Shown piece after piece: positions 20,093 through 29,746 of a DNA stretch of 64,000 nucleotides (position 1 is its first letter; each line of letters starts with the position of its first letter). Source of the DNA: an uncultured virus (IMG/VR IMGVR_UViG_3300038318_000112) (lineage: Duplodnaviria; Heunggongvirae; Uroviricota; Caudoviricetes); IMG/VR virus record IMGVR_UViG_3300038318_000112, positions 1-64,000 of that record; one strand, written 5' to 3'. A program made the position numbers and the translations under genes. The notes under the pieces are model-generated. The model was not told the DNA's origin. It did not search any database and worked only from the letters and a program-made list of their open reading frames with translations.

Positions 20093-20256
20093 TAGGATTA
20101 AACAAAGTTTTTCAAGTTTTTTTAAATAATTTTTTATGTCTATCTTGATTCAATCTCTTAAAACATACTGGGCCCACCCCCAATTCCACTGCTTTAGGAT
20201 TTTTTAATTTTCTGCCACATACCTTGCAAATATTAGATTTATGATCATTCATCTTA

Positions 20257-21210
20257 TCACCTCATACAATTAACTAGCATATAGTCAAGTGCTAAATCTG
20301 CATCCAATCTTCCCGCCTTGATCCCGGATTCTACTGATTGACATATACCTATATTTCTAACCAGTTCCTTTATTGAGTATCCCCCAATATTTTTCTTTGC
20401 TCCATATAGTTGCCCTTTAGTTAATCCAGTTCTTTGCTCAGCGTTTGATTTATCTTTCCCCAATCCTTTATATGCTAAAACATTGGTGAACGAACTGAAT
20501 AGTAAAGATTCAATTCCAAATACTGATTCATTCTTTTGCTTGATCCCATTCAATAATTTTCCTGCTCGATCTGGATATCCAGCAACCACTGCATTTATAA
20601 AATCAAATGTATTATCTGATTCCTGTCCATTCGTTATCTGCCCGGAATGATATAGAAGCTTAAAAGCATCATTCCCAGTGATATTTTTTACGGCTCTCAA
20701 ATTATTTATCTTATCCATTTCAAGCAGTATTCTACCGTAATCATTATTACAAATCTGAATTAATTTCTTAGCATTAGGATCATCCAAATCTATTTGATCA
20801 TCACCGGTTATGATATATTTCTGTAAGACTTCCGGAGTTAATTTTTCAAACTCAACAGTTTGATTTTGCTTGAAAAACTTGGTAATTTTATTTATCTTAG
20901 TGGTTCTAAAAATCAGCACATGATTCAACTTTGAAAATGTCTGCTCCATCTGCCTCCAACTTTTTTCTGCCTTCATGAAATCTTGATCGGATGAAACCAC
21001 ATAAAGATTCTTTGTAGCAGTAAGATTCTTTTTCCTGCATACTCGGTTTACTTCAGCTACAGTTTCATATTCATATCTTGTATAACCTATATCAACAAGA
21101 TGATCTAAATATTTATCTAACACCAACTGCTCTTCTCCGAACCAAACCATGAAGTGCGGAAAGGATTCATTAGACATCATCTTTATAAGATCCATTAATT
21201 TAATCTTCAT
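20257..21210 (-). CDS. holA: Clamp loader delta subunit (HolA-like)
   Basis: FGEE, C.NDY..I..E.DK, IK.G motifs; adjacent to delta' and gamma. Confidence 0.75.
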   Translation of the reverse strand: MKIKLMDLIKMMSNESFPHFMVWFGEEQLVLDKYLDHLVDIGYTRYEYETVAEVNRVCRKKNLTATKNLYVVSSDQDFMKAEKSWRQMEQTFSKLNHVLIFRTTKINKITKFFKQNQTVEFEKLTPEVLQKYIITGDDQIDLDDPNAKKLIQICNNDYGRILLEMDKINNLRAVKNITGNDAFKLLYHSGQITNGQESDNTFDFINAVVAGYPDRAGKLLNGIKQKNESVFGIESLLFSSFTNVLAYKGLGKDKSNAEQRTGLTKGQLYGAKKNIGGYSIKELVRNIGICQSVESGIKAGRLDADLALDYMLVNCMR

Positions 21211-21994
21211 TTTTTCTCGCCCTCAATATGCTAAACATCATCACCTGTAGCATCTGTAAACTATTACTCTTAGCACCTAAATAAGCACAACCATGAATAT
21301 ATTCCTTAAGTGTTGCTTCACTCAGAATGTCAAAATCCATCAGATATTCCTCGGACATCCATCTTGTCACTAACATTATATCAGTATCATCAATTCCACT
21401 CAATTCAAACTCTCTAAGAATCTTAATAATTGCAACACCCGATCCATCCTGGACTGCTTTACATAAATCCTCAGCACACTTTCTCGCCTTTATTACTTTT
21501 TCTTTATCTACCATCTTGATCAATCCCGGAGTATCGCATACCCTCAGTATATCAGGATCAGTTGTGAAGAACTTTAATTCATCCTTAGTATATGGTCGCA
21601 TAGTTATAGTGGTGGATCGACTTTGAATTGTTGGAAGTATTCTTGCAAATGATTTATTTTTTACTATCAGTGCAAAATAAACATTATTTGGAGGTTCCTC
21701 AATAACCTTTAATAGTGCATTTTCTGCTGCCGCAGTCATTTCCTGTATTTCATCAAATATAAATAATGTCGGGGTAGTTATGGTATATGCTAAATTAATA
21801 CATTCCCTAACCTCCTGAATACTGGTACCAAATATGATCAATGCTAAATTGGCATCCAATGAGATTTTCCTACACATGGTTTTTCTACCACTTCCAAGCT
21901 CCCCAGATATAATTAAAGTTCTGGGTAATGTATTATTACTTATAAAACTATCAATATTTCTCTGTACATATTCTTGACCAATTATATTAAGCAT
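21200..21994 (-). CDS. holB: Clamp loader delta' subunit (HolB-like)
   Basis: G..GSGRKT, AAENALLKVIEEPP, ILPTIQSR. Confidence 0.8.
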   Translation of the reverse strand: MLNIIGQEYVQRNIDSFISNNTLPRTLIISGELGSGRKTMCRKISLDANLALIIFGTSIQEVRECINLAYTITTPTLFIFDEIQEMTAAAENALLKVIEEPPNNVYFALIVKNKSFARILPTIQSRSTTITMRPYTKDELKFFTTDPDILRVCDTPGLIKMVDKEKVIKARKCAEDLCKAVQDGSGVAIIKILREFELSGIDDTDIMLVTRWMSEEYLMDFDILSEATLKEYIHGCAYLGAKSNSLQMLQVMMFSILRARKNED

Positions 21995-24065
21995 CTATCT
22001 TTCCTTTCGTGTAAATCATAAATGATAACTCAACTATAGTTTTTACATCCCCGCTCCATTTAATCTCAGGAAGAAGTTTAAATATCATTTCAGAAACATC
22101 GAATAATCCATCACAAGCAATATCATTTATCTTTGCCAGATTCTCTTCAGTTGGGGGAATATCCAAATCCGATTTAACAGTATCATGGAATAAATAATAT
22201 TTTTCACAATCCAGCAAGAATCTTGCATAGTCGTTAAGAAATAATTTTAAATCTTTTCCAGAGTTATATATTCGATCAATAATCAAGCAAGCTCTTTTAT
22301 CCTGCTCTAGCAATCTATGAGTTAAATCAAAATATACATTTATGTCCTCTGCTCCCAAAACTTCAAGAACCTTATTCAAATCAAGTTCAGGATATATTGA
22401 AAGACATTTATCAAGAAGTGTAATTGCATCTCTCATTCCACCTTTTGCCATTCTTGTAAGATAATCAAGGGATTCTTTAGATGCAATTACACCCTCTTGA
22501 TTTTTAATATATTCCAATCTGCTATGTATTATATCACTATCAATTTTGCTAAAATTAAACCTTTGTACTCGGGATAATATTGTTGCAGGTATCTTTTGTG
22601 GATCAGTTGTGCAAAGAATAAATATAGAAAATGCTGGAGGTTCTTCCAGTAGCTTCAACATTGCCTGCCATGCCCCGTTAGAAAGTGAATGACAGTTGTG
22701 AACTAATGCTCCATTTGCAAAATATGAATGGTGATTGTCAACTTCTATATCATACATTTCTACATATTCTCCATATAAGATTTCACTTGAGAAACCACAT
22801 CTGAACAATTCATCATTATATCCTCGTTTGTAAACCTCAACACTTTCCACCCTATTGAGTTTAGAAATTGAGTTTTCTTCAAATCCTTTACTATACAACT
22901 TTTCGTTCTGTGTCCTTTCCCATCCACCTCTATCGCCAGCTTTATCGTAGGATAAGCAAGGTCTACTTTGTAACAGGTAGGATATAGATGTTCCTTTCTT
23001 TGGCAATTCGTTTTTATCGGATATTCTAATATTGGTGCTTGATTCAGTTCGTTGTATAATTTCATTTGAGGAGTTGTATATTGACCATTGCCACCCCTCT
23101 GTGCGTTCCAGATTCCCCAAGTACCATTCGATTTCCTTGTTTCTATCATCTTCTCTATATTCTGTGAATCGTACATCGGGTTTTGTGTTAGCATACGTTG
23201 ACTTGATTTCTCTCTCAACATCTTTCCATATTCTGTTTGCCGAAATACTTGTTTTTCCTGTATAGAAATCAATTCGTTCTTGCACTCGTCTGAACAAGTC
23301 TTTCTTTGTTTGCAAGGTATCGTCTTGAATTGCTTTCCACAAATCACACAATACTGAACAACCATATTCTCGGCTGATTTCTTTCTTTTCTCCTGTGTCT
23401 GTGAAACAACACAACATTCGTGACAGCAATACTTCGCTACCTTTCGTCTGTTTGAAAATGTCTTTCCACAAGTTACGCAAATATGTTGGTGCATAAACAA
23501 TATCTCCTTCTCTTAAATTCTGTGCTTCAACCCAACCATAATTTGTAAAATATAAATGGTCAACGGTTGTAAATGTTTTTACACCATCTATTGTAACACA
23601 ACATAATCTATCTGTAAACACGCTGTTCTTAAATAAGTGTGTCACAGTACCTATACCAGACATATTACAAACTTTATCTCCAACTTTAATATCTTTTATT
23701 GGGATTGCACCTGATGGAGTTGTTATAAGTGTACTACCCTGAAAGCATTCATCTACAATATATATCTTATATTTACTATCAAGAGATTTCTTTTTACTAT
23801 CCCCAATAACTTTTCTGATATTATCCACGCCACTATTACTTGCGGCATCAATCTCAATGGGATTTCCTTTCCCTTCATTGATCATGCTGGCAAAGATTCT
23901 CGCTACAGTGGTTTTACCACAACCAGCAGGGCCGGTAAATAAATAAGCGTGCTGAAAACTTTTATCCCTAATCTGATTCTGTAGTATTGCTGATATTATT
24001 TCCTGCCCGCATAAATCCTCAAATGTCTTCGGACGGTACGTTACTGCTAATGATTTTTTTGCCAT
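21987..24065 (-). CDS. dnaX: Clamp loader gamma/tau subunit with intein
   Basis: YRP.TF, GPAGCGKTT, EIDAAS, DE|CH, LK.LEEPP, TILSR, GGMRDA; 341 aa after splicing. Confidence 0.93.
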   Translation of the reverse strand: MAKKSLAVTYRPKTFEDLCGQEIISAILQNQIRDKSFQHAYLFTGPAGCGKTTVARIFASMINEGKGNPIEIDAASNSGVDNIRKVIGDSKKKSLDSKYKIYIVDECFQGSTLITTPSGAIPIKDIKVGDKVCNMSGIGTVTHLFKNSVFTDRLCCVTIDGVKTFTTVDHLYFTNYGWVEAQNLREGDIVYAPTYLRNLWKDIFKQTKGSEVLLSRMLCCFTDTGEKKEISREYGCSVLCDLWKAIQDDTLQTKKDLFRRVQERIDFYTGKTSISANRIWKDVEREIKSTYANTKPDVRFTEYREDDRNKEIEWYLGNLERTEGWQWSIYNSSNEIIQRTESSTNIRISDKNELPKKGTSISYLLQSRPCLSYDKAGDRGGWERTQNEKLYSKGFEENSISKLNRVESVEVYKRGYNDELFRCGFSSEILYGEYVEMYDIEVDNHHSYFANGALVHNCHSLSNGAWQAMLKLLEEPPAFSIFILCTTDPQKIPATILSRVQRFNFSKIDSDIIHSRLEYIKNQEGVIASKESLDYLTRMAKGGMRDAITLLDKCLSIYPELDLNKVLEVLGAEDINVYFDLTHRLLEQDKRACLIIDRIYNSGKDLKLFLNDYARFLLDCEKYYLFHDTVKSDLDIPPTEENLAKINDIACDGLFDVSEMIFKLLPEIKWSGDVKTIVELSFMIYTKGKIDA
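22695..23747 (-). mobile_element. Class 1 intein (351 aa) in DnaX Walker B
   Basis: Starts CFQGSTLI; block B TVDHLY; ends MYDIEV..HHSYFANGALVHN, followed by Cys+1. Confidence 0.93.
22760..23494 (-). CDS. Nested +1-frame endonuclease: two Zn fingers plus Vsr/DUF559 (EDxHD-like) nuclease
   Basis: CxxC...CxxxC twice; KVDLAYP..KLAIEVDG..H...D..K..FL..IGWKVLRF; AAGGAG 9 nt before ATG 23494. Confidence 0.85.
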   Translation of the reverse strand: MHQHICVTCGKTFSNRRKVAKYCCHECCVVSQTQEKRKKSAENMVVQYCVICGKQFKTIPCKQRKTCSDECKNELISIQEKQVFRQTEYGKMLREKSSQRMLTQNPMYDSQNIEKMIETRKSNGTWGIWNAQRGGNGQYTTPQMKLYNELNQAPILEYPIKTNCQRKEHLYPTCYKVDLAYPTIKLAIEVDGKGHRTKSCIVKDLKKTQFLNSIGWKVLRFTNEDIMMNCSDVVSQVKSYMENM

Positions 24066-24407
24066 TTAAAATCCTCCTAATTCTTCAAAATAATCAACAA
24101 GTTCTTTCATAAGGCTTTCAGATATAACATAATAATTTTGTCCATTCGGGGCAAACGTAAATGCTAAAACTGCTTCTAAACAACCTTGTTCAAATGCTTG
24201 TTGCCTTACTTTTGCTATCCAATCCTTCTTGATCGAGAAAGATTCTTTAGCGGTGGTGGGTGTTTTTGCTTCAATTAAGAAATCATTTCTTATTTTTACA
24301 TCCCCTCCGCTAAACTTTGTTCCTCCGGAATTGGGAGTTATATTACCTCCCAAAACTTTTGCAATTTCTTTTTCCTGATTACTGCTAAAATCTCTTGTGC
24401 TATTCAT
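24066..24407 (-). CDS. PD-(D/E)XK nuclease, Holliday junction resolvase-like
   Basis: QEK..A, SG....GDV, IEAK. Confidence 0.7.
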   Translation of the reverse strand: MNSTRDFSSNQEKEIAKVLGGNITPNSGGTKFSGGDVKIRNDFLIEAKTPTTAKESFSIKKDWIAKVRQQAFEQGCLEAVLAFTFAPNGQNYYVISESLMKELVDYFEELGGF

Positions 24408-24510
24408 GTAACTGAGTCACCTCCCCATTTTTATTAACCTAAATCTTATCGGTACTGCATCTCTTTTAAACTTTTCCATTTTAAATAATTCTTTCATCTT
24501 ATTTCTCCTA

Positions 24511-24690
24511 TTATAATATGTCTAATATATAATCCATCTCTAATCCTAAATTTGATGCTATAATATCTTCTGCTTCTTCTATATCATAATTACAATCATC
24601 TAATTCTTGTCTTGTCTGAATTAATAAATCTTCTGCTTCCTCTTGTGTCATTGAATTTCTCTGCATTAAAATTTCTACTGCTTTGTTCAT
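24511..24690 (-). CDS. Small acidic protein (59 aa)
   Basis: Read by hand: MNKAVEILMQRNSMTQEEAE...LGLEMDYILDIL. Confidence 0.65.
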   Translation of the reverse strand: MNKAVEILMQRNSMTQEEAEDLLIQTRQELDDCNYDIEEAEDIIASNLGLEMDYILDIL

Positions 24691-24691
24691 T

Positions 24692-25231
24692 TTAATTTTC
24701 CTCCTTAAATTCTTTTATTGCTGATTTAATAACCCATCCCGTCCACTTAATGTTGCATATAGTATTTCTTATTTCTTCTATATGTTCCTGCAACTCTTCT
24801 TCTGTATTATAAGGGTTAAGATAATAATGCCCACCACATTCTGGACCTACTCCATATATCTGAGAAATCGGATTAGTAAGAGGTCTGCCACAGCACATAC
24901 AAGTAGTTGTCTTTTCCGCCTCTGCATGGAGTTCCATATACACCATTCCTCTTGTTTCCTTTATTGCTGTTCCTCGCATGATCACAAAAGGCATCGGTAT
25001 ATCATTATTCCACCTGCTTTGAAAATCAAATGTTGAAGTAGACGGTTTAGTCATATATCGCTTCACTTGGATCCTATAATCCTTTCCCATTTCCATAAAT
25101 ACGTCCGGGTCAGATTTTTCAACCATTCCTGTTTCCTTCTGAACGGGTTCCAGTACAAATCTAAATTCCCGCCCAATTACAAAATCCTGATCTTGAAATC
25201 TATTTATCTGCTTGAATATCTGTTCCATCAT
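24692..25231 (-). CDS. DUF6011-like zinc-binding protein
   Basis: CMCCGRPLTNPIS..YGVGPEC. Confidence 0.7.
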   Translation of the reverse strand: MMEQIFKQINRFQDQDFVIGREFRFVLEPVQKETGMVEKSDPDVFMEMGKDYRIQVKRYMTKPSTSTFDFQSRWNNDIPMPFVIMRGTAIKETRGMVYMELHAEAEKTTTCMCCGRPLTNPISQIYGVGPECGGHYYLNPYNTEEELQEHIEEIRNTICNIKWTGWVIKSAIKEFKEEN

Positions 25232-25475
25232 TTTCCTCGATTCTTGATACTTGAGAACTTGCAAATAAGTTTGCTTTTGCTAAATAAAAATGCTCTCTTT
25301 CTTCTTCATCATCCTTCTTGGATTTATTTGACATTCTCCAAAGTGATGTCTTTATGCAAGCGTGTTCTCCCTTATTGACTTTGAACCCCATCTTCTTCCA
25401 AACCTGATAAGTATGAACTGGTTCATCAATTCCATTTAATGCTTTCTCTTGCATTATGATCTGTTCATTAGTCAT
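25200..25475 (-). CDS. ArdC N-terminal-like ssDNA-binding small protein
   Basis: HTYQVWKKMGFKVNKGEHA...LF..SQV. Confidence 0.6.
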   Translation of the reverse strand: MTNEQIIMQEKALNGIDEPVHTYQVWKKMGFKVNKGEHACIKTSLWRMSNKSKKDDEEEREHFYLAKANLFASSQVSRIEENDGTDIQADK

Positions 25476-25542
25476 ATCATTTGCTCCTTGAATTATTTGC
25501 ACCAACTTCTTATTTCTTCATTTGTTTTTATGTTTATCTTTA

Positions 25543-25580
25543 TTACAATTATATTGTAACACATAATATATAAATGTCAA
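25543..25580 (-). promoter_or_regulatory. Repeated strong promoter, copy 2
   Basis: Same core sequence as 20055-20092. Confidence 0.8.
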
Positions 25581-25612
25581 TAGTTTTTGACAAAGTTTTT
25601 CAAGTTTTTTTT

Positions 25613-25646
25613 AAATAAAATTGCCCGAGATTCAACCCGGGCAATT
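25613..25646 (-). terminator. Intrinsic terminator after clamp gene
   Basis: AATTGCCCG/CGGGCAATT stem followed by T-rich tail on minus strand. Confidence 0.7.
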
Positions 25647-25656
25647 AATCAATTAA

Positions 25657-26730
25657 TTATTCTTCATCTTCAAGCAACGCCAATATCTGAGTAACCCCAT
25701 TTGATTTTATTTTCAGTGCGTTTTCATCACCGTACCAAATCTCTACTACTTCATCATTCATTGCTTCCACTTGAGTTTTTAGCATTTCAGAATCTGCAAA
25801 GCACATAAAGTTTGTTGGATTTTCTGAACCTACAAAATTAATTGTTTCAATACCAGAAACCTTTTTATTCTGTATGATTACTGATCCGCTCTTAGCAAAA
25901 TTAAGAGTGATCCCATTCTGATCATACGGATCAATAAATAATGATATTCTATCAATTACTGCAAGTAATATATCTTTTGGGATTTTACACATTGAAGGGA
26001 ATTTAGTATCGAGATACGCTGATATTTCAGTTGCTGGAAAGTCTGAAATACCATCCATAATCTCACTATAAATTACTACATTATCAGTGCTAAATGCAAG
26101 TTTATTTTGATCCCGATATACTTTTATATCCTCCTGATTATTCAATACTAAGAGATTAATCAACTGAGCCGGAAGTAATACTGGTTCATCTAATATGGTG
26201 GCATCATTAAAAGTAATGGTCATTGAATCAGATGTTATGGTTTTATCATTTATATAGTATCCAGTTAATGAAGGCACTTCAAATGTCTTCGCAAGTGCCG
26301 GTTTATTTATATCAAATATATTTTTTACATCTAAAAGTTTAATGTTTGATTTTGCTTCGTACTTTTCTATGTCGGGAACTGGAAACTTTACATTGCCTGA
26401 TTCATCGGCAATAAGGGGTATCTTATATGTCCCATCTGCATCTATTTCTAGCTCACTATCAGATACAAATAATTTTATTTTATCCTGGGTAATCTTTGAA
26501 ATTAGTTTGCTAAATAAATCAGCATCAACAACCACATCAAAATCTTTATCATCCGGTTCTACCTTTATCTCATATAAGATTGTATTGGTCATATCTGTGG
26601 CGACTAAATCAAGTGTATTTTCTTTGTGCTTTAGTCCAATCATTGAAGTAAGTGGGATCAATTTATTCATTCCCGCTCCTTTGATCACCGTACTTGTGCC
26701 TGCCTGCAATTCAATTCTTAATAATTCCAT
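25657..26730 (-). CDS. dnaN: Sliding clamp (DNA Pol III beta-like)
   Basis: 357 aa, three-domain size; L.L.ATD motif and repeated FP motifs; near clamp loader genes. Confidence 0.75.
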   Translation of the reverse strand: MELLRIELQAGTSTVIKGAGMNKLIPLTSMIGLKHKENTLDLVATDMTNTILYEIKVEPDDKDFDVVVDADLFSKLISKITQDKIKLFVSDSELEIDADGTYKIPLIADESGNVKFPVPDIEKYEAKSNIKLLDVKNIFDINKPALAKTFEVPSLTGYYINDKTITSDSMTITFNDATILDEPVLLPAQLINLLVLNNQEDIKVYRDQNKLAFSTDNVVIYSEIMDGISDFPATEISAYLDTKFPSMCKIPKDILLAVIDRISLFIDPYDQNGITLNFAKSGSVIIQNKKVSGIETINFVGSENPTNFMCFADSEMLKTQVEAMNDEVVEIWYGDENALKIKSNGVTQILALLEDEE

Positions 26731-26745
26731 TTTTTTAATCCTCCT

Positions 26746-27318
26746 TTATTTCAAACTCATTAAAGAGTATGCCTCTTTACGAAGCTCCACATTAGACTTA
26801 AATAATCCCCGGATTGTCGCAGTTCTTGTTTTAGATCCCCTGCTCTTAATACCCCTTGCAGTCATACAGCTATGTTCACCTTCTACAACGACTAGTACAT
26901 CCTGAGAACCTGTAGCCAACTGAATAATTTCAGCTATATCTGAACCTATTCTTTCCTGAAGCTGTAATCGTTTTCCAACCATATCTGCTATTCTTGCAAA
27001 CTTGCTTAATCCTAAAACTTTTCCCCTTGGAATATATGCAATAGAAACTGTCATATTATACATCAAAGCCATATGATGTTCACAATAGCTAAAGATTGGA
27101 ATATCCTGTACAACAACTAAATCATTATTATCTGTATCAAAGCATTTACAGAATTTTTCTGCGATTTCCTCGTTCCTATAATTCATTCCTTCAAAAACTT
27201 CCTGATACATTTTAGCGACCCTTTTAGGTGTCTCTTTCAGTCCTTCCCTATCTGGGTCATCTCCCAATGCTTCTAATATTTCTCTTACTGCTTTCTCAAT
27301 TCTGATTTTATCAATCAT
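26746..27318 (-). CDS. folE: GTP cyclohydrolase I
   Basis: [29 protein letters not shown]. Confidence 0.97.
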   Translation of the reverse strand: MIDKIRIEKAVREILEALGDDPDREGLKETPKRVAKMYQEVFEGMNYRNEEIAEKFCKCFDTDNNDLVVVQDIPIFSYCEHHMALMYNMTVSIAYIPRGKVLGLSKFARIADMVGKRLQLQERIGSDIAEIIQLATGSQDVLVVVEGEHSCMTARGIKSRGSKTRTATIRGLFKSNVELRKEAYSLMSLK

Positions 27319-27319
27319 T

Positions 27320-27961
27320 CTATACACCTCTTTTCTGTGGGTCCCATATAATCTTATGAAGCTGAGCTTGTATCCTCCAATTATTGATATAATGAGTATT
27401 CATATAATTTACAATATCTTCCAATTCAATATTACCAAATACAGGACTAATATAAATCGTTGGAACACTATTCATTGATTCTGTAATCTGTAATGCTTTA
27501 TTTAAGTCGTCTTTACAACCTACCACGAATTTCAAAACATCTGTAGCTAGTAATGAATCTACATTTCCCAAACTCATCTTATCTTCCATCTTACTTGTAG
27601 GACATTTATAATCCATTGTGAAAGTAATGCCGATTGGAAAATCAATAGGTCTTTCAATAGTACCATTTGTTTCAATATTAATCTTGTAATCTAAACGACA
27701 TAAAGCTCTTACAAGATTTTTAATTCCTGGATGTATCATTGGTTCTCCGCCTGTGATTGTTATCATATTACAATCATAAGTTGAAACCTTCTTAATAATT
27801 TCCTCAATAGACATTACTTCATAATTGTTCTCTTCACATCCATATCTTGTATCACAATAACTACAATTAAGATTACAACCATATAATCTTATAAAGGTAC
27901 ATCGGTATCCTGCACGGATACCTTCTCCTTCTATACTGTTGAATATTTCTACTACTTTCAT
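27320..27961 (-). CDS. queE: 7-carboxy-7-deazaguanine synthase (radical SAM)
   Basis: [33 protein letters not shown]. Confidence 0.95.
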   Translation of the reverse strand: MKVVEIFNSIEGEGIRAGYRCTFIRLYGCNLNCSYCDTRYGCEENNYEVMSIEEIIKKVSTYDCNMITITGGEPMIHPGIKNLVRALCRLDYKINIETNGTIERPIDFPIGITFTMDYKCPTSKMEDKMSLGNVDSLLATDVLKFVVGCKDDLNKALQITESMNSVPTIYISPVFGNIELEDIVNYMNTHYINNWRIQAQLHKIIWDPQKRGV

Positions 27962-28296
27962 TCCTGTTCCTCCTTGAAAATTGCAATATTTCCTTCACTT
28001 TCCTGCACTGAAACTTTATAACAAAATGGTACTAAATCGTGAATCCATTTTGCCATATTCTCTGCGGTTGGATTGAAATCTACAACATCATTGATATACT
28101 GATGGTCTAGTTTATCACTAATCATTGTCTTGATGTGCTTAAAATCTACAATCATCCCATCCTGATTAAGTGTTTCATTTTTGCAAAAAACTGTAATAAT
28201 CCAATTATGTCCGTGAATATTACTGCATTTACTTTCATAACTTAATTTAAGATTATGAGCTCCAGCTACTTCCATTCTTTTCGATACATAATACAT
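27958..28296 (-). CDS. queD: 6-carboxy-5,6,7,8-tetrahydropterin synthase
   Basis: AH.L, C..IHGHNW, G...DF, LDH, NPTAEN. Confidence 0.95.
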   Translation of the reverse strand: MYYVSKRMEVAGAHNLKLSYESKCSNIHGHNWIITVFCKNETLNQDGMIVDFKHIKTMISDKLDHQYINDVVDFNPTAENMAKWIHDLVPFCYKVSVQESEGNIAIFKEEQE

Positions 28297-28311
28297 AATA
28301 AAAACCTCCTT

Positions 28312-28812
28312 TTATTTACTGCCTAAAAATTCTTTCAATGTGTTCAGATAATCTGTTTCGTAAGAGATATCAACCCTTGCTGGTAAGTAATAATTATATC
28401 CATCTTTAGAAAAAATCGTCTTGATCAAATCTAACTCTTCTAAAGATTTGAAATAACACATTAATTTCTTTCTTTGCGGATAAACCTCAGCAAACGGCTT
28501 TCCATTTCTCATAATTTTATAACAATTAACTGAAGAATAAAATCTATTCTCAGAAAGAAACTGTCTTACTAAAGATATTTCTTCTCCATACTTTTTCTGT
28601 TTCTGTTTTACACACTTTGATTTCTTTGATTTTTCTTCTTTAGGTTTTACGTTTTCTAAAAATTTCCACCATCTTTTCAATGTGACCTCACTAAACTGTT
28701 TTTCCACTCCAACATCTTTTCCGGAAATAATCTTTATAGACACTTTTCCTTCTTCAACAGAAAGTAATTCTGCTTTGATATTGCTGTCTTTTTTAGATAC
28801 ATATACATCCAT
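28312..28812 (-). CDS. Hypothetical protein heading the queD-queE-folE-dnaN operon
   Basis: TLKRWWK motif; AAGGAGG RBS. Confidence 0.65.
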   Translation of the reverse strand: MDVYVSKKDSNIKAELLSVEEGKVSIKIISGKDVGVEKQFSEVTLKRWWKFLENVKPKEEKSKKSKCVKQKQKKYGEEISLVRQFLSENRFYSSVNCYKIMRNGKPFAEVYPQRKKLMCYFKSLEELDLIKTIFSKDGYNYYLPARVDISYETDYLNTLKEFLGSK

Positions 28813-28851
28813 TACATTGTCCTCCTTTTATGTATTTCTTAACTTTTTTAT

Positions 28852-28880
28852 ATTGTAACACATAAAAGTAGAATTGTCAA
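28852..28880 (-). promoter_or_regulatory. Promoter variant upstream of queD operon
   Basis: TTGACA-17 nt-TACAAT with TG extension. Confidence 0.75.
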
Positions 28881-28885
28881 ATTTT

Positions 28886-29734
28886 TTAGAAAAGTTTTTT
28901 AGATTTTTTCTTTACAAAGAATAAAATCTCATCTGATTCTTTTGGATAAGGAATACTTACAATAGAACTGAGCCAAGCAGAAGGGACATATGATGCCATT
29001 TTATTATAGAAGTTTTTCATTTCTGAAGATACCTTATCACTTTGGAAAAATTCTTTCATCTTTTTCACTTTCATAACAAGTCCTATCTCATTTATTACTT
29101 CAAAACCTAATTCATCTAGTTTTTCTTTCAGTTCATCATAACCCCATTCATATACATGCGCCGCATACTGTGTATCATATCCATTTCCTGGTGTATTTGG
29201 ACAACTTAAGAACATTGTAGAATCTTTATTCATTATCTTATAGCATTCTTCTAAGCTCTTAGAACCTATATCCTTATGCATATGTTCTAAAGCGCTTGTA
29301 TAAATTACAAGGTCAGCAAAGCCTTTTTCAATATGATCACTCATTTCTGCAACATTAGAAAGAATCCAGTCTATCTTAAATGGATAATAATCTTCTAAAT
29401 CTTCTTCTTTCAGCTGTCTATTTGCCGCACCTCTTTTTGCTTCTCTTATATTTGTTTCACAAATATCCACTCCGGTATAACTGTTAATATCTTTGGCATA
29501 ATATCTTAACAATGGAAGGATCAGAGACCTTCCACAACAAACATCCACAACATTCATTCCTTTTTTAGCAAGCATTGTTGCGGAATGATGCTGGATATAG
29601 TTCATGACATCTAGCTGAGTGAAAAATCCATCTCTAAACTGTGAATAGAAGTTCCTCATCTGATAAGTGGTACATAATACATCTTCAGGATTCATTCCTT
29701 CTTCTATCTTATGAACAATTTTCTTTTCGATCAT
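28886..29734 (-). CDS. Class I SAM-dependent methyltransferase
   Basis: VVDVCCGR motif I, YTGVD motif II, ALEH, LSCPN, H..EW...E. Confidence 0.8.
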   Translation of the reverse strand: MIEKKIVHKIEEGMNPEDVLCTTYQMRNFYSQFRDGFFTQLDVMNYIQHHSATMLAKKGMNVVDVCCGRSLILPLLRYYAKDINSYTGVDICETNIREAKRGAANRQLKEEDLEDYYPFKIDWILSNVAEMSDHIEKGFADLVIYTSALEHMHKDIGSKSLEECYKIMNKDSTMFLSCPNTPGNGYDTQYAAHVYEWGYDELKEKLDELGFEVINEIGLVMKVKKMKEFFQSDKVSSEMKNFYNKMASYVPSAWLSSIVSIPYPKESDEILFFVKKKSKKLF

Positions 29735-29746
29735 AATAATTTTCTC

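Noticed and set aside
28886..29734. Conventional DNA adenine or cytosine methyltransferase
   Set aside because: Lacks (D/N)PP(Y/F) and PCQ/ENV catalytic motifs.
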